From Alphaproteobacteria bacterium (lineage in GTDB: Bacteria > Pseudomonadota > Alphaproteobacteria > UBA2966), in contig OZ219856.1 in assembly GCA_964291395.2 (NCBI GenBank), forward strand, positions 1,280,001-1,344,000: a stretch of DNA of 64,000 bases, written 5' to 3'. Position numbers and translations under genes: made by a program. Below, piece after piece: positions 42,332 to 52,286 of the stretch (position 1 is its first letter; every line of letters starts with the position of its first letter). Below the pieces are notes generated by a model. It searched no databases. It worked only from the letters and a program-made list of their open reading frames with translations, and was not told where the DNA came from.

Positions 42332-42564
42332 GCACTCTCCCCGGCCGGGATGACCGTCTGTCCCGCAACTTATCGCGACGAGACGCTGCCGCAATCCGTC
42401 CACGCGGCCCTTTTTTGGCCTACTGATGCACCTCTCGCAAGTGTCCAGTCTTGATCTGCCTTCAGCTCACCGTCAGTGGGCGCTTGTGGTATCCTAAGGC
42501 GTAGACCCCATGAGCGTTCGCGCGTAGAGGAGTCGACGTCGAGCCGAGCGGGAGGACCGATCCC

Positions 42565-43941
42565 ATGAACGTGCGGGAAAAGGTGGAGAAGACGCCGAAC
42601 GTGCCGTTCGCCGGTTACTTCTTGAGCGAGGTTCCACGGGAGGATCCAGAGCTCACTCATGTCGGTCCGGGAACGGTTTGCGGGGAGTATCTGCGCAAGT
42701 TCTGGCATCCTGTTGCGCTGTCCAGCAACCTTACGGACCTGCCCCACGCCGTGAGAATCATGGGCGAGGATCTGGTCGCGTTCCGCGACAAATCGGAGAA
42801 CGTCGGTGTGCTGCACAGGCACTGCAGTCATCGTGGAACCTCGCTCGAATACGGAATCGTCAGCGAACGTGGCATTCGGTGCTGCTATCACGGCTGGCTG
42901 TTCGACGTTGACGGCAGGATCCTCGAGACTCCGGGCGAGCCACCGGATTCGAAGTTGAAGGACAGCTTCTATCACGGTGCCTATCCCGCCATCGAGTACA
43001 ACGGGTTGGTGTTCGCCTATATGGGTCCGCCGGAAGAAAAGCCGGAATTTCCAATCCTGGACACCTTCGAATGGCCCCGCGGCAACAGGCTCGTGCCGTA
43101 TTCCATCCATCACCCGTGCAACTGGTTGCAGGTTGCCGAAAATTTCCAGGATCCCGTCCACGCCGTGTTCCTGCACACCAATCTGACCAACGTGCAGTTC
43201 ACCGAGGCGTGGGGCAACATGCCGACGGTCGATTTCGGGGAGCTCGACGACGGCATGTACTACATCACCTGCCGGCGCGTCGGAGACATGGTCTGGGTGC
43301 GCAGCAACCATTTCCTGGCGCCCAACTTGGGCCAGGTGGCCGCGCTCTGGGAGGACGCCGACGAGGAGAAATATTTCGGACGGGCCAGCATCACCCGTTG
43401 GACGGTGCCGATCGACGATACGCACTGCTGGATCTTCGGTTTCCGCCACTACAACGACAACGTCGACCCGAAAGGGTTGGGAAAGCCGGAAGAATGCGGC
43501 GACAATTCGGTCGACTTCTTCGGTCAGACGGGGGAAAGGCCCTACGAAGATACGCAACGCACGCCCGGCGACTACGAAGCCCAGATCAGTCAACGTGAGA
43601 TCGCCATCCACACCCTTGAGCATCGGGGTTCCAGCGACGAAGGCGTCCTCCGTATGCGCCGTATCCTTCGTAGTGGGGCGCACAGCGAGACGCGGGTTCC
43701 CCAGCCCGCCGACAAGAAGCGCAGCAGCGGGGTCATCCACACCTACACCCACGACACGATCTTGCGTATCCCCGCGCGGTCCGATGTCGACGACAACGCG
43801 ATGATGAAGGAACTTGGCCGGAGGGTGATCCAGGCCATTTTCGCGGGGGACGCCTGCGAGGGGGATGACCGTCAGGCCGAGATCGAACGAGGTCTCAAAG
43901 CCCTGACGGCGGACTTCGCGGGCGGCGGGAAAGCGGCCTGA
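42565..43941 (+). CDS. Rieske aromatic oxygenase alpha subunit (phthalate 4,5-dioxygenase/LigX-like)
   Basis: CSHR...CCYHGW Rieske motif; ENFQDPVHAVFLH mononuclear Fe site; divergent from the reductase. Confidence 0.92.
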   Translation: MNVREKVEKTPNVPFAGYFLSEVPREDPELTHVGPGTVCGEYLRKFWHPVALSSNLTDLPHAVRIMGEDLVAFRDKSENVGVLHRHCSHRGTSLEYGIVSERGIRCCYHGWLFDVDGRILETPGEPPDSKLKDSFYHGAYPAIEYNGLVFAYMGPPEEKPEFPILDTFEWPRGNRLVPYSIHHPCNWLQVAENFQDPVHAVFLHTNLTNVQFTEAWGNMPTVDFGELDDGMYYITCRRVGDMVWVRSNHFLAPNLGQVAALWEDADEEKYFGRASITRWTVPIDDTHCWIFGFRHYNDNVDPKGLGKPEECGDNSVDFFGQTGERPYEDTQRTPGDYEAQISQREIAIHTLEHRGSSDEGVLRMRRILRSGAHSETRVPQPADKKRSSGVIHTYTHDTILRIPARSDVDDNAMMKELGRRVIQAIFAGDACEGDDRQAEIERGLKALTADFAGGGKAA

Positions 43942-43948
43942 TCGGCTT

Positions 43949-45070
43949 TCAGAGCACCTGATACCTTTCGTCGGGGCCGCCATATTCGGCGTCCAGCGGT
44001 GCGGTCAGCCGCACGCCCGGCATGTGATAGCCGTTGGGTCGGCCGGACGCCGTCTTGCCCATGAACTCGTCATAGGCAGGCGGCAGGGGCGGGCCCCCGT
44101 CACAGGCCAGCCACAGGCGCAGAAGGTGGCGCTTCCTTTCGGGTTCGGGGTGGTCCTCGTACCCCGTCCTGGAATGCAGGATGTAGTGGTTGCAGAGGAA
44201 TTGAACGTCGCCGGGCTCGAACTCAAGCTCGAGATAGACCGCTGGGTTGGCCGCGGTTCGATCCAGAAAATCGAATGCCTCCGCCTGTTCGTCGGTCAGG
44301 CGCGGAACTTCGGGAAAGCGCTGCGCCTTTTGAATGACGCTTCGCACGTAGTTCGTCAGAAGCCGACCGTCGTGGAGATTGAAAACCGGCAGCCGGTACC
44401 AGGGCTCACGGCCTTCGGGGATCTCGCCCCGCCGGTCGCGATAGGTAGCCTCGGTCAGGGTTCGTGCCAGATCGGGGCGGGCCTCGAGGATCAGATTGAA
44501 GATTGCCCCGGTGCTGGCGATCCGGCTCAATCCGCCGGACTTCGCGGTGTGCAGGCACAGCAGACCCACGAGGTCCGAGGCGTCGGAGTGGAAGATCAGT
44601 TTCTCCGCCGTCTGGTAGCCCCGAGCCGTCGGCGTGGTCCACAGGCTGTCGCCCAGGCCGAGGTCCCGGACGTGCCCGAGCGCATGACCTTTTGCGTTCT
44701 GCGAGACCGCCTCGCCCAGGTGCGCGCCGATACCGAAGAATGCGATGGCGGATTGCCGGCTGTCGTAACGTCCGACCGGAACGCCCCGTAGCACGGAAAA
44801 GCCGACTCCATGCAGCAGATCGTTCTGGATATCGCGCAGCGCCCTCGACAACGTCGGCAACGCGAAGTTCTCGCGACGAATGTCGAGGATGTCCGTGTCG
44901 TGCGCCAAGACGTTCTCGATCGCCCGGTCCAGTTCCGCGACATGGTCCGAAGAAAGTCGATAGGTCCATTGATCCCGGCGGGCCGCCATTTCGGGGCCGC
45001 GCCAAACGCGCGCGCCTTCGACCGGCGACAGCGCCGGAACCGTTTCTTGTTTGGCCTTAAGCATCTGCAT
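43949..45070 (-). CDS. TauD/TfdA family dioxygenase
   Basis: FHSD...NHYILHSR...RHLLRLW; paralogue of 629-1714; start uncertain. Confidence 0.87.
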   Translation of the reverse strand: MQMLKAKQETVPALSPVEGARVWRGPEMAARRDQWTYRLSSDHVAELDRAIENVLAHDTDILDIRRENFALPTLSRALRDIQNDLLHGVGFSVLRGVPVGRYDSRQSAIAFFGIGAHLGEAVSQNAKGHALGHVRDLGLGDSLWTTPTARGYQTAEKLIFHSDASDLVGLLCLHTAKSGGLSRIASTGAIFNLILEARPDLARTLTEATYRDRRGEIPEGREPWYRLPVFNLHDGRLLTNYVRSVIQKAQRFPEVPRLTDEQAEAFDFLDRTAANPAVYLELEFEPGDVQFLCNHYILHSRTGYEDHPEPERKRHLLRLWLACDGGPPLPPAYDEFMGKTASGRPNGYHMPGVRLTAPLDAEYGGPDERYQVL

Positions 45071-45854
45071 GACGGTCGAGAAACGAGGATAGCTCAAGAT
45101 TGAATTCTTCGGGTGCGCACAAGTTTGAAAGATGCGCCGCGCCCTCGATCACCACGAGTTCGGCACCCGCAATGCGGTCGCGGATGATTTCGTGTTCCTC
45201 CACGACAGTTCCGGTGTCTTCCGAACCTGCGAGAAGCAGCGTCGGCACCTCGATGGTGTGAAGACGGTCGGTCAGGTCTACCCTCTGAATGGCCCGGCAG
45301 CAAGCGGCGTAGGCCTCGGGCGCGGTCGAGCGGATCAGGTCGGAGAACCGGGCGACGAGTTCTGGACTCCGTTCCCGCACTTCGGGGCTGAACCAACGCT
45401 CGATCGTGGTCGGCACGATGGGCTCCATGCCTTCGGAGAGCGCGGTGACCGCGCGCTCTTCCCAAACGGGAACGGTGGGGCCTGGCGGGCGGCTCGTGGT
45501 GTCGCACAGGACGAGGGTGCGGATGACCTCGGGATGGGCCAGCGCGAGGGTCTGCCCGATCATTCCGCCGTTGGACAGTCCGACGAAATGGGTACGCTCG
45601 ATCCCCAGAGCCCGGAGCAGGGCGAATGCATCCTCGGCGAATTGCTCGAACGAATACGGAGGAGGGGCGACTTCGGTTCCGCCGTGGCCCCGGTTGTCGT
45701 ATCGCAATACGCGAAATCGGTCCTTGAGCAGGTCCGCCTGAGCATTCCAAAGCGCCATCGAACTGCCCAAGGAATGACTGAAGGTCACAACCGGCGCATC
45801 CTCGGGACCTTCGAGGACGTATTCGATGTCGATGCCGTTGGCGTGAAGGTGCAT
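45057..45854 (-). CDS. pcaD: 3-oxoadipate enol-lactonase-like hydrolase
   Basis: SHSLGSS, LRYDNRGHG, GLSNGG, RWF, AAHLSN. Confidence 0.8.
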   Translation of the reverse strand: MHLHANGIDIEYVLEGPEDAPVVTFSHSLGSSMALWNAQADLLKDRFRVLRYDNRGHGGTEVAPPPYSFEQFAEDAFALLRALGIERTHFVGLSNGGMIGQTLALAHPEVIRTLVLCDTTSRPPGPTVPVWEERAVTALSEGMEPIVPTTIERWFSPEVRERSPELVARFSDLIRSTAPEAYAACCRAIQRVDLTDRLHTIEVPTLLLAGSEDTGTVVEEHEIIRDRIAGAELVVIEGAAHLSNLCAPEEFNLELSSFLDRHADA

Positions 45855-45899
45855 GGGCAGGAATCAGGATTCGCGTCGAAGGCGGTTCCGTGTCGTTCC

Positions 45900-46097
45900 T
45901 CAACTCGCCTGTGCGTCCGTCGCACCGAGCGCCCGGATACGCTCCCGGATATGTTCTTGGCGTTCGCCTCCCGTCGATGGCTGGCCACTCTGGACGGCGC
46001 TGAGGACTTCGCGCGTGAGTTCTGGATCTTCGGCGGGTACGCGTCGAAGGGAGTAGCCCGCGTAGCCCTTTGAGTTGGTCTGTTCCTGGACTGCCAT
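45900..46097 (-). pseudogene. Internally deleted Rieske oxygenase remnant
   Basis: YAGYSLRRVPAEDPELT matches the N-terminus (FAGYFLSEVPREDPELT) and REVLSAVQSG...GGERQEHIRERIRAL the C-terminus (RRVIQAIFAG...GDDRQAEIERGLKAL) of 42565-43941. Confidence 0.7.
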
Positions 46098-46113
46098 GGT
46101 TTCCGCGAGTTCT

Positions 46114-46180
46114 CCCAGCGCCGGAAGGCGCGCTCCGAGACCCCCAGTATCTCCGCCGCCTCGGCTTGGCTCAACAGCCG
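46114..46180 (-). mobile_element. Transposase HTH fragment (ISNCY/IS481-like remnant)
   Basis: LSQAEAAEILGVSERAFRRW resembles a transposase N-terminal HTH; no catalytic domain follows. Confidence 0.55.
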
Positions 46181-46208
46181 CGCCGCGGTCTCGTCGCACA
46201 ACTCGTTT

Positions 46209-46248
46209 CGCCTAGTCTCGCCTAGTCCCGGCTTGTCCCGCTTCGTCC
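46209..46248. repeat. Degenerate 10-bp tandem repeat x4
   Basis: CGCCTAGTCT CGCCTAGTCC CGGCTTGTCC CGCTTCGTCC. Confidence 0.6.
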
Positions 46249-46333
46249 GCCGGGTTGGGCGGGGTGCCGGCGCCGTCCGACGCCTCCAAACCCTCCGTGG
46301 CTCCGCTTGGGTCCATTCAGCCTGGATGCCGCT

Positions 46334-47868
46334 TCAATCGACACTGCGCGGCCGGTCCAGGAATACGATCAAGGGCAGGACGATCACCGCGGCGATGGTC
46401 AATGCCCAGAAGTCATTCACATAGGCGATCATCGAAGCCTGACGGAACATTTCCACGTCGAGCCGCATGAGGCCCTGGAGGTTCGAGAGGTCCCAGACAC
46501 CCTGGGACTCGGTGATGTCGAACGACTGATGAAAGGGGGAAAGATGCTCGTTCAGTTCGGCACGGTTCGCCTGCGTCGAGCGAGCGAGAATGGTCACTCC
46601 CGCCGAGATACCGATTCCTCCGCCGAAAAACCGGGACGAATGGATGACGGCTGCGCCGTAGTCGACCAGTCCCGGCGCGAGTCGTGAAAACGCGAGAACC
46701 GAGAGCGGGATCCAAATGACGGCTTCGCCCATGCCCATCCACATGCCGGCGAGAAAGACCTCGTAGAGGCCGATGGTGAGGTCGAAAGTCGTCATGTACC
46801 AGAAGGCCACTCCTTGGAGGCCGAACCCCAACGCCATCATGAGGCGTTCGTCCATGATCTTGACGAGGTGGCCAAGAACGAAAACTCCGATCATGAAACC
46901 AATGCCTCGGGGAGTCAGCAGCAGCGAAACCGTCTCGAGCGGCAAATTTTGAAGCCGTCCGAGAAACGACGGAAGAAGCATGAGTGCGGCGAAGGACGTC
47001 ACACCGGCCACCACCATGCAGATGGCACAGATAGCGAAGTTCTTATGCAGAAAGACTCGCAGATCGATGAACGGCTGGCGGGCGTAGGAACAGCCGACGA
47101 TGAACAGGTAGAGCGCGATAAGAGCGGTCACACCCCACGTCGTGATCTCCCGCGACTCGAACCAGTCGAGCCGATTGCCGCGATCCAGCATGAATTGAAT
47201 CGATGCCAGGCACACGGCCAGACTGAAGAAACCCAGCCAATCGAGGCGGAGACTCGGCCGGGTTGGAAATCGGGAACGGTCAGGGCGATCATGTAGAGGG
47301 CGAGGACGCCGGCCGGCACCATGCAGACGAAGGCCAGGCGCCAGTTGTAGATCTCGGCAAGTATGCCGCCGACCGGCGGTCCCAGGACCGCCCCCAGCAT
47401 GCTGCCGCCGGCCCAGAACCCCATGACCATGCCGTGAGACCTTTTCGGATAGACGTCCAGGAGGATGGGCATCGACAGGGGTAGCATGGGGCCGCCGGCG
47501 AGCCCCTGTATGGCGCGCCAGAACACGACTTCTTCGAGACTCGCGGCGACGCCCAATGCCCCCGAGGCCAAGGTGAATATACCCAACGCCACCAGGAGCG
47601 AGCGCCGGCGCCCGAATCGCATGCCCAACCAGCCGGCGGCGGGCATGCCGATCGCCGTGCCCACCATCGTTGCGGTCAGAACCCAGGAGATCTCTTCCAG
47701 TCCAGCCGAAAGGTCCCCCTGCATCTGGGGCAGCACCGCGTTGGCGATCGTGGCGCTGAGGGTTTGGAGGCCACCCGCAATGATCACCGAGAACAGAATG
47801 ACCGTCCGCCGAAAGGCGGACTCGATGACCACCGGCGGTGTATCGCTCGGAAGAGTATCCGCGGTCAT
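46334..47868 (-). pseudogene. DHA2/EmrB family MFS transporter, frameshifted near 47261
   Basis: N-half (IANAVLPQMQGDLSA...TVPDFQ) and C-half (RPSLRLDWLGF...YVNDF) in different frames; one extra C in the run at 47260-47262 restores the ORF. Confidence 0.8.
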
Positions 47869-47873
47869 CCCGT

Positions 47874-49391
47874 TCATCCCAGCCGTGGCGGGCGATCGAG
47901 CAGCAGGATGAGCGGCAAGACCGCCAGCGTCAGTACCAGCAGGGCCCAGAAATCGTTGAGGTAGCCGATCATCGCGGCCTGTCGGAACAGTTCGCCTTCC
48001 AGCCGTGCCAGCCCCTGCAATGTCGTCGGGTCCCAAGCCGGCAAGAACTCGGGCAGCTGAAGGGATTCGTTGAAGGGAGAGATGTGCTCGTTCAACGTGG
48101 CACGATTGACCTGGGTTGAACGAGTCAGGAGCGCAACGGCAATCGAGATGCTGACTCCACTGGCGAAGAACCGTGCGAACTGGAAGATCGCCGCGCCGTA
48201 ACTCCGGAGGCTCGGCGCCAAGGTCAGGAAGGTGATCGTAGCCAAGGGGGTCCACATCACACCTTCGCCGATGCCCAGAATCATGCCGCCGAGAAACACC
48301 TGGCTGGGACCCACGGTGAGGTCGAAGGTCAGCAGATACCAGAAGCCGCAGGCCTGAACGGCGAACCCCAGTGCAAGCATGGCCCGGCCATCCATGATCC
48401 GTACCAGGCGGGCGAGGCCCAAGGTGCCGATGGCATAGCCCACGCCTCTCGGAATGAGCATGAAACTGACGATTTCGACCGGAAGCTCCCGAAGCTGTGC
48501 CAGAAGATTCGGCAGCAGCATCAGCGGGGCAAACGTGAGCATTCCCGATATTGCAATGCAGGTGCAGCCGATGGCGTAGTTCTTGTCCAGGAATATCCGG
48601 AGATCGATGAAGGGCAGCCGAGAGGTCAGACTGTGAACGAGGAACCAATACATGGCAAAGCCGCCGATCACCGCCCACATGACGATTTCAGCCGACTCGA
48701 ACCAGTCCAACCGGTTGCCACGATCGAGCATGACCTGGAGGGCCGCGACTCCCACGCATAGGGCGGCAAACCCGAGCCAATCGAGACGCAAGTCGGGGAA
48801 TCGCCTTGTTTCCGGTACCGCGGCGAGCACCAGAAAGTAAGTGAGCACTCCAAAGGGCGCCAGGAACACGAAGGCGAGCCGCCAGTTGTAGATCTCCGCC
48901 ATGTAGCCGCCCAGCGGTGGGCCCATGATCGGACCCAGCATCACGCTGCCCGACCAGAATGCGAGGGCCATGGCGTGCGCTCTCTTCGGATAGGCGTCCA
49001 GTAGTCCTGCCATGCACAACGCCGGAATCGGACCTCCGAACAGGCCTTGGCAGGCACGCCAAAAAATGACTTCTTCGAGAGTCGTCGCGACACCGAACAT
49101 CGCCGACGAGAACGTGAAAATCGTCAGGGCGACGAGCAGCGAACGCCGGCGCCCGAACCGCATGCTGAACCAACTCGATGTCGGTACGCCGATTGCCGTG
49201 GACACCAGTGCCGCGGTGAGCACCCAGGATACCTCTTCCAGATTTGCGGAGAGGTCTCCCTGCATCTGGGGAAGGACGGCGTTGGCCACCGTCAGGTTGA
49301 TCGTCGGGAGCGCGGCCGCCAGCGCCAGAACGAACAGGATCAACGAGCGGTGGGCGCGTGACTCGACGATTTCCGAAAGCTGATCACTCAT
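47874..49391 (-). CDS. DHA2/EmrB family MFS transporter
   Basis: VANAVLPQMQGDLSA, LDWLGF, LDRGNRLDWFES, QAAMIGYLNDF. Confidence 0.92.
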   Translation of the reverse strand: MSDQLSEIVESRAHRSLILFVLALAAALPTINLTVANAVLPQMQGDLSANLEEVSWVLTAALVSTAIGVPTSSWFSMRFGRRRSLLVALTIFTFSSAMFGVATTLEEVIFWRACQGLFGGPIPALCMAGLLDAYPKRAHAMALAFWSGSVMLGPIMGPPLGGYMAEIYNWRLAFVFLAPFGVLTYFLVLAAVPETRRFPDLRLDWLGFAALCVGVAALQVMLDRGNRLDWFESAEIVMWAVIGGFAMYWFLVHSLTSRLPFIDLRIFLDKNYAIGCTCIAISGMLTFAPLMLLPNLLAQLRELPVEIVSFMLIPRGVGYAIGTLGLARLVRIMDGRAMLALGFAVQACGFWYLLTFDLTVGPSQVFLGGMILGIGEGVMWTPLATITFLTLAPSLRSYGAAIFQFARFFASGVSISIAVALLTRSTQVNRATLNEHISPFNESLQLPEFLPAWDPTTLQGLARLEGELFRQAAMIGYLNDFWALLVLTLAVLPLILLLDRPPRLG

Positions 49392-50944
49392 GTGCTTGAA
49401 GAGGTCACGGGTTCGGCGGTCTCGGAACTCTGGCGACTGGCGGGGCCATGGAGCAATAGCACCAGCGGCACCGTCGACAGGGCGAGCAACGTCAGCAGCC
49501 AGAAGTCATTGAGATAGCCGATCATCATGGCCTGCCGTGTCAACTCGCCGTCAATTCGCGCAAGGCCCTGGACCACTCCAATGTCGAGCAAGCCGCTTTG
49601 ATTGGTCAGACGAAGCGTCTCGTTGAACGGTGTGATGTGCTCTCCCAATGTGGCGTGGTTCACCTGCGTCGAGCGAGCCAGCACGGTGACCAATATCGAA
49701 ATGCCGACACTGCTCAGGAAAAACCGGCCGAACTGGAAGATCGCCGCTCCGTATCCGTGAAGGCTGGGAGGGAGAGTGGAGAAGGCAATGGTCGCGACGG
49801 CCGTCCATGTGAAGGCTTCACCCAGTCCCAGAACGGACCCCGCAACGAAAATCTCGAACAGACCCACCCCCAGGTCGAACGTCGACATGTACCAGAAGGC
49901 GGGTGCCTGAGAGGCCAGACCGAAGGCGAGGAGTACGCGAAAGTCGATGATTCTGATGAGCCGGGCGACGATCACGGCGCCGAGAACGAACCCCACGCCG
50001 CGCGGTGTCAGCATGATGCTGATGGTCTCGACGGGCACGTCCCGAAGACGCCCCAACAGGGTCGGGATCAGCATCAAGGGCGCAAACGTCAGGATTCCCG
50101 ATATACACCAGCAGGAAAACGCGACCGAATAGTTCCGATCCAGGAAAATGCGCAGGTCGACGAATGGTTGCCGGGTGGTCAGGCAGTGCACCAGAAACAC
50201 ATAGAACGCGATCCCCGCGACGACGGCGGAGATCGAGATCTCGGGTGCTTCGAACCAGTCCACTTGATTGCCGCGATCCAAGAGGAACTGCGCAGCGCCG
50301 ACGGAAACGGAGAGTGCCAAAAAGCCGAACCAGTCGAGGCGAAGCTCGGTGTGCCGCCTGGACTCCGTAATCGCGGCGACGACGAGGAAGTAGGTCGCGA
50401 TGCCGACGGGAACCATGAAGAGGAAGGCGAATCGCCAATTATACAGCTCGGTCAGCCATCCTCCGAGGGGCGGCGCCAGAATCGGCGCAAGCATCACGCC
50501 GCCCGACCAAACCGCCAGTACCCAGCCATGTTCCGCCTTGGCGAACGATCGCAAGATGATGGGCATGCATATGGGTGGGATCGGCCCTCCGAACAGCCCT
50601 TGCATGACCCGCCAGAAGACGACTTCCTCAAGGCTACCGGCAAACCCGAGCATCGATGAGGCGATCGTGAAGCCGATCACCGCGCCGATCAGTACTCGCC
50701 GCTGGCCGAATCGCATGCCGAACCAGCCTGCGGTGGGCATGGCGATGGCCGTCGACACCAGGGTTGCCGTGATCACCCACGATATCTCCTCAAGCCCCGC
50801 GGACAGGTCACCGCGAATCTGGGGCAGCACTGCGTTGGCAATGGTAACGTTCAGGGTCGGCAGCGCGGCCGCAAACGTGAGTGACAGCAGGATGAATATC
50901 TGCTGAATCCGGGAGTCGACGGTCGTATTGGTTTCGTCAGTCAC
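49388..50944 (-). CDS. DHA2/EmrB family MFS transporter
   Basis: Same EmrB motifs; GTG start chosen; 4-bp overlap with the next gene. Confidence 0.92.
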   Translation of the reverse strand: MTDETNTTVDSRIQQIFILLSLTFAAALPTLNVTIANAVLPQIRGDLSAGLEEISWVITATLVSTAIAMPTAGWFGMRFGQRRVLIGAVIGFTIASSMLGFAGSLEEVVFWRVMQGLFGGPIPPICMPIILRSFAKAEHGWVLAVWSGGVMLAPILAPPLGGWLTELYNWRFAFLFMVPVGIATYFLVVAAITESRRHTELRLDWFGFLALSVSVGAAQFLLDRGNQVDWFEAPEISISAVVAGIAFYVFLVHCLTTRQPFVDLRIFLDRNYSVAFSCWCISGILTFAPLMLIPTLLGRLRDVPVETISIMLTPRGVGFVLGAVIVARLIRIIDFRVLLAFGLASQAPAFWYMSTFDLGVGLFEIFVAGSVLGLGEAFTWTAVATIAFSTLPPSLHGYGAAIFQFGRFFLSSVGISILVTVLARSTQVNHATLGEHITPFNETLRLTNQSGLLDIGVVQGLARIDGELTRQAMMIGYLNDFWLLTLLALSTVPLVLLLHGPASRQSSETAEPVTSSST

Positions 50945-51173
50945 GCGGATTCCCTGATCCGTAGGCTCCACCGAGAGCAGATCGCCGAGGACCGTAAAAT
51001 TCAACCTGCCGGAATTGGAGCAGGACCGAGCTACTCGCCGGCGCGGTTCGAACGGCTGCAGTCAACCCTCGTCCCCGGCGGGCGTACCCTATCAGAGCGG
51101 TGTCATGACCTCGTCTCGACGAGGATGTGATCGCGCAGGATCCGTTTCCGACACGGCGATTCCGTATCCCGAA

Positions 51174-52067
51174 TCACTCAACCAGGCGTTTTCCTTCCGG
51201 GTCCTGATCCCGGAACCAATCCGCCATCCGGCTGCCGGTCACGAAGATGGTGTCGTTGCGCTCGAGCAACATGTCGAGGGTACGGGCGAACATGTCTAGC
51301 CGATAGGGAACCCCGATGATGTGGGGATGCAAGCCCATGGTCATGATGCGCGGCGGCGAGCCCGGCTCCCTGCCGAAATAGTCCACGGCGGCTTTCCAGC
51401 GCGTGTAATACTCGTCGGCCGTGTTCCGATCGAGCGCGAACGTCATCACGTCGTTCATGTCCAGCGCATAGGGCAGGGCGATCAAAGGCCCATGTTTGGT
51501 GCGCATCCAGCTCGGCGTGTCGTAGAACATCCAGTCGTGGATATATTCGATCCCCTTGCTTTTCAGAATGTCCGGCGTGTCGAGGCTCTCGCCGTATCCA
51601 GGGCCGAGCCATCCTTTGGGCCGTGAACCGGAATATGCCTCGAATTTCTCCAGCGCCTCCTCGATGACCCCCGCCTCGTCGTCCTCGTAGAGCAGAGAGC
51701 GCTGGAAAAGTCCGTGTCCGCAAAGCTCCCAGCCAGCGTCAAGGGCGAGCTGCGCGCAGGCGGGATAGTAGTCGGGCAGGGCCGCGTTCATCATGTTGGT
51801 CACGGGCAGGCCGCGTTCATCGAAGATGCGCGCAAGGCGCGGCACCCCGGTCCGTAAACCATATTCGACCCAGCTGAAGTTCCCGATGTCCGGCATCGGA
51901 GATTTGCCATGGGGATTCTGCAGGATAGCCCGGGGCATGGGCTGATCGAACGGCCATACCTCCAGGTTCATCACGATGTGAATCATGATGGGCTTGCCCT
52001 TCAGGGGCTCCAGCTTCGGCATTTCGGTGAGAAGTCGAAAGGGGATACGTGGATTGTTCTCCGGCAT
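51174..52067 (-). CDS. Polysaccharide deacetylase family (PuuE/allantoinase-like)
   Basis: MNLEVW, EYGLRTGVPR, GWLGPG, GLHPHIIG. Confidence 0.85.
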   Translation of the reverse strand: MPENNPRIPFRLLTEMPKLEPLKGKPIMIHIVMNLEVWPFDQPMPRAILQNPHGKSPMPDIGNFSWVEYGLRTGVPRLARIFDERGLPVTNMMNAALPDYYPACAQLALDAGWELCGHGLFQRSLLYEDDEAGVIEEALEKFEAYSGSRPKGWLGPGYGESLDTPDILKSKGIEYIHDWMFYDTPSWMRTKHGPLIALPYALDMNDVMTFALDRNTADEYYTRWKAAVDYFGREPGSPPRIMTMGLHPHIIGVPYRLDMFARTLDMLLERNDTIFVTGSRMADWFRDQDPEGKRLVE

Positions 52068-52286
52068 GTCTATCCTGCTCCCAATTGGACGGTCCGATGT
52101 TCGGACAAGAAGGGTGTCAGCACGGTCTCAATGGTTTGGCTGAGGACTGCCACCTTTGATATCCGCCCCGATCCATTCGGTGAGCGGTTCTACCTCGATC
52201 CCTGCCGTCGCATGGAGGTTCTCGGGGCTCGGTTGCTCGGATGTTTGACCACTCGTGACTGTGGTCTCGATGTCCGACAACGGCTA

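Noticed and set aside
42370-43983. Long antisense and alternative-frame ORFs (e.g. 537 aa here, 25005-26315, 7803-9095, 35217-36380)
   Set aside because: Shadow ORFs of real genes, typical of high-GC codon bias, with no recognisable motifs.
47128-48678. 516-aa ORF as a single protein
   Set aside because: Its first half is an off-frame read of the second MFS gene; only the part from ~47868 is the frameshifted third MFS.
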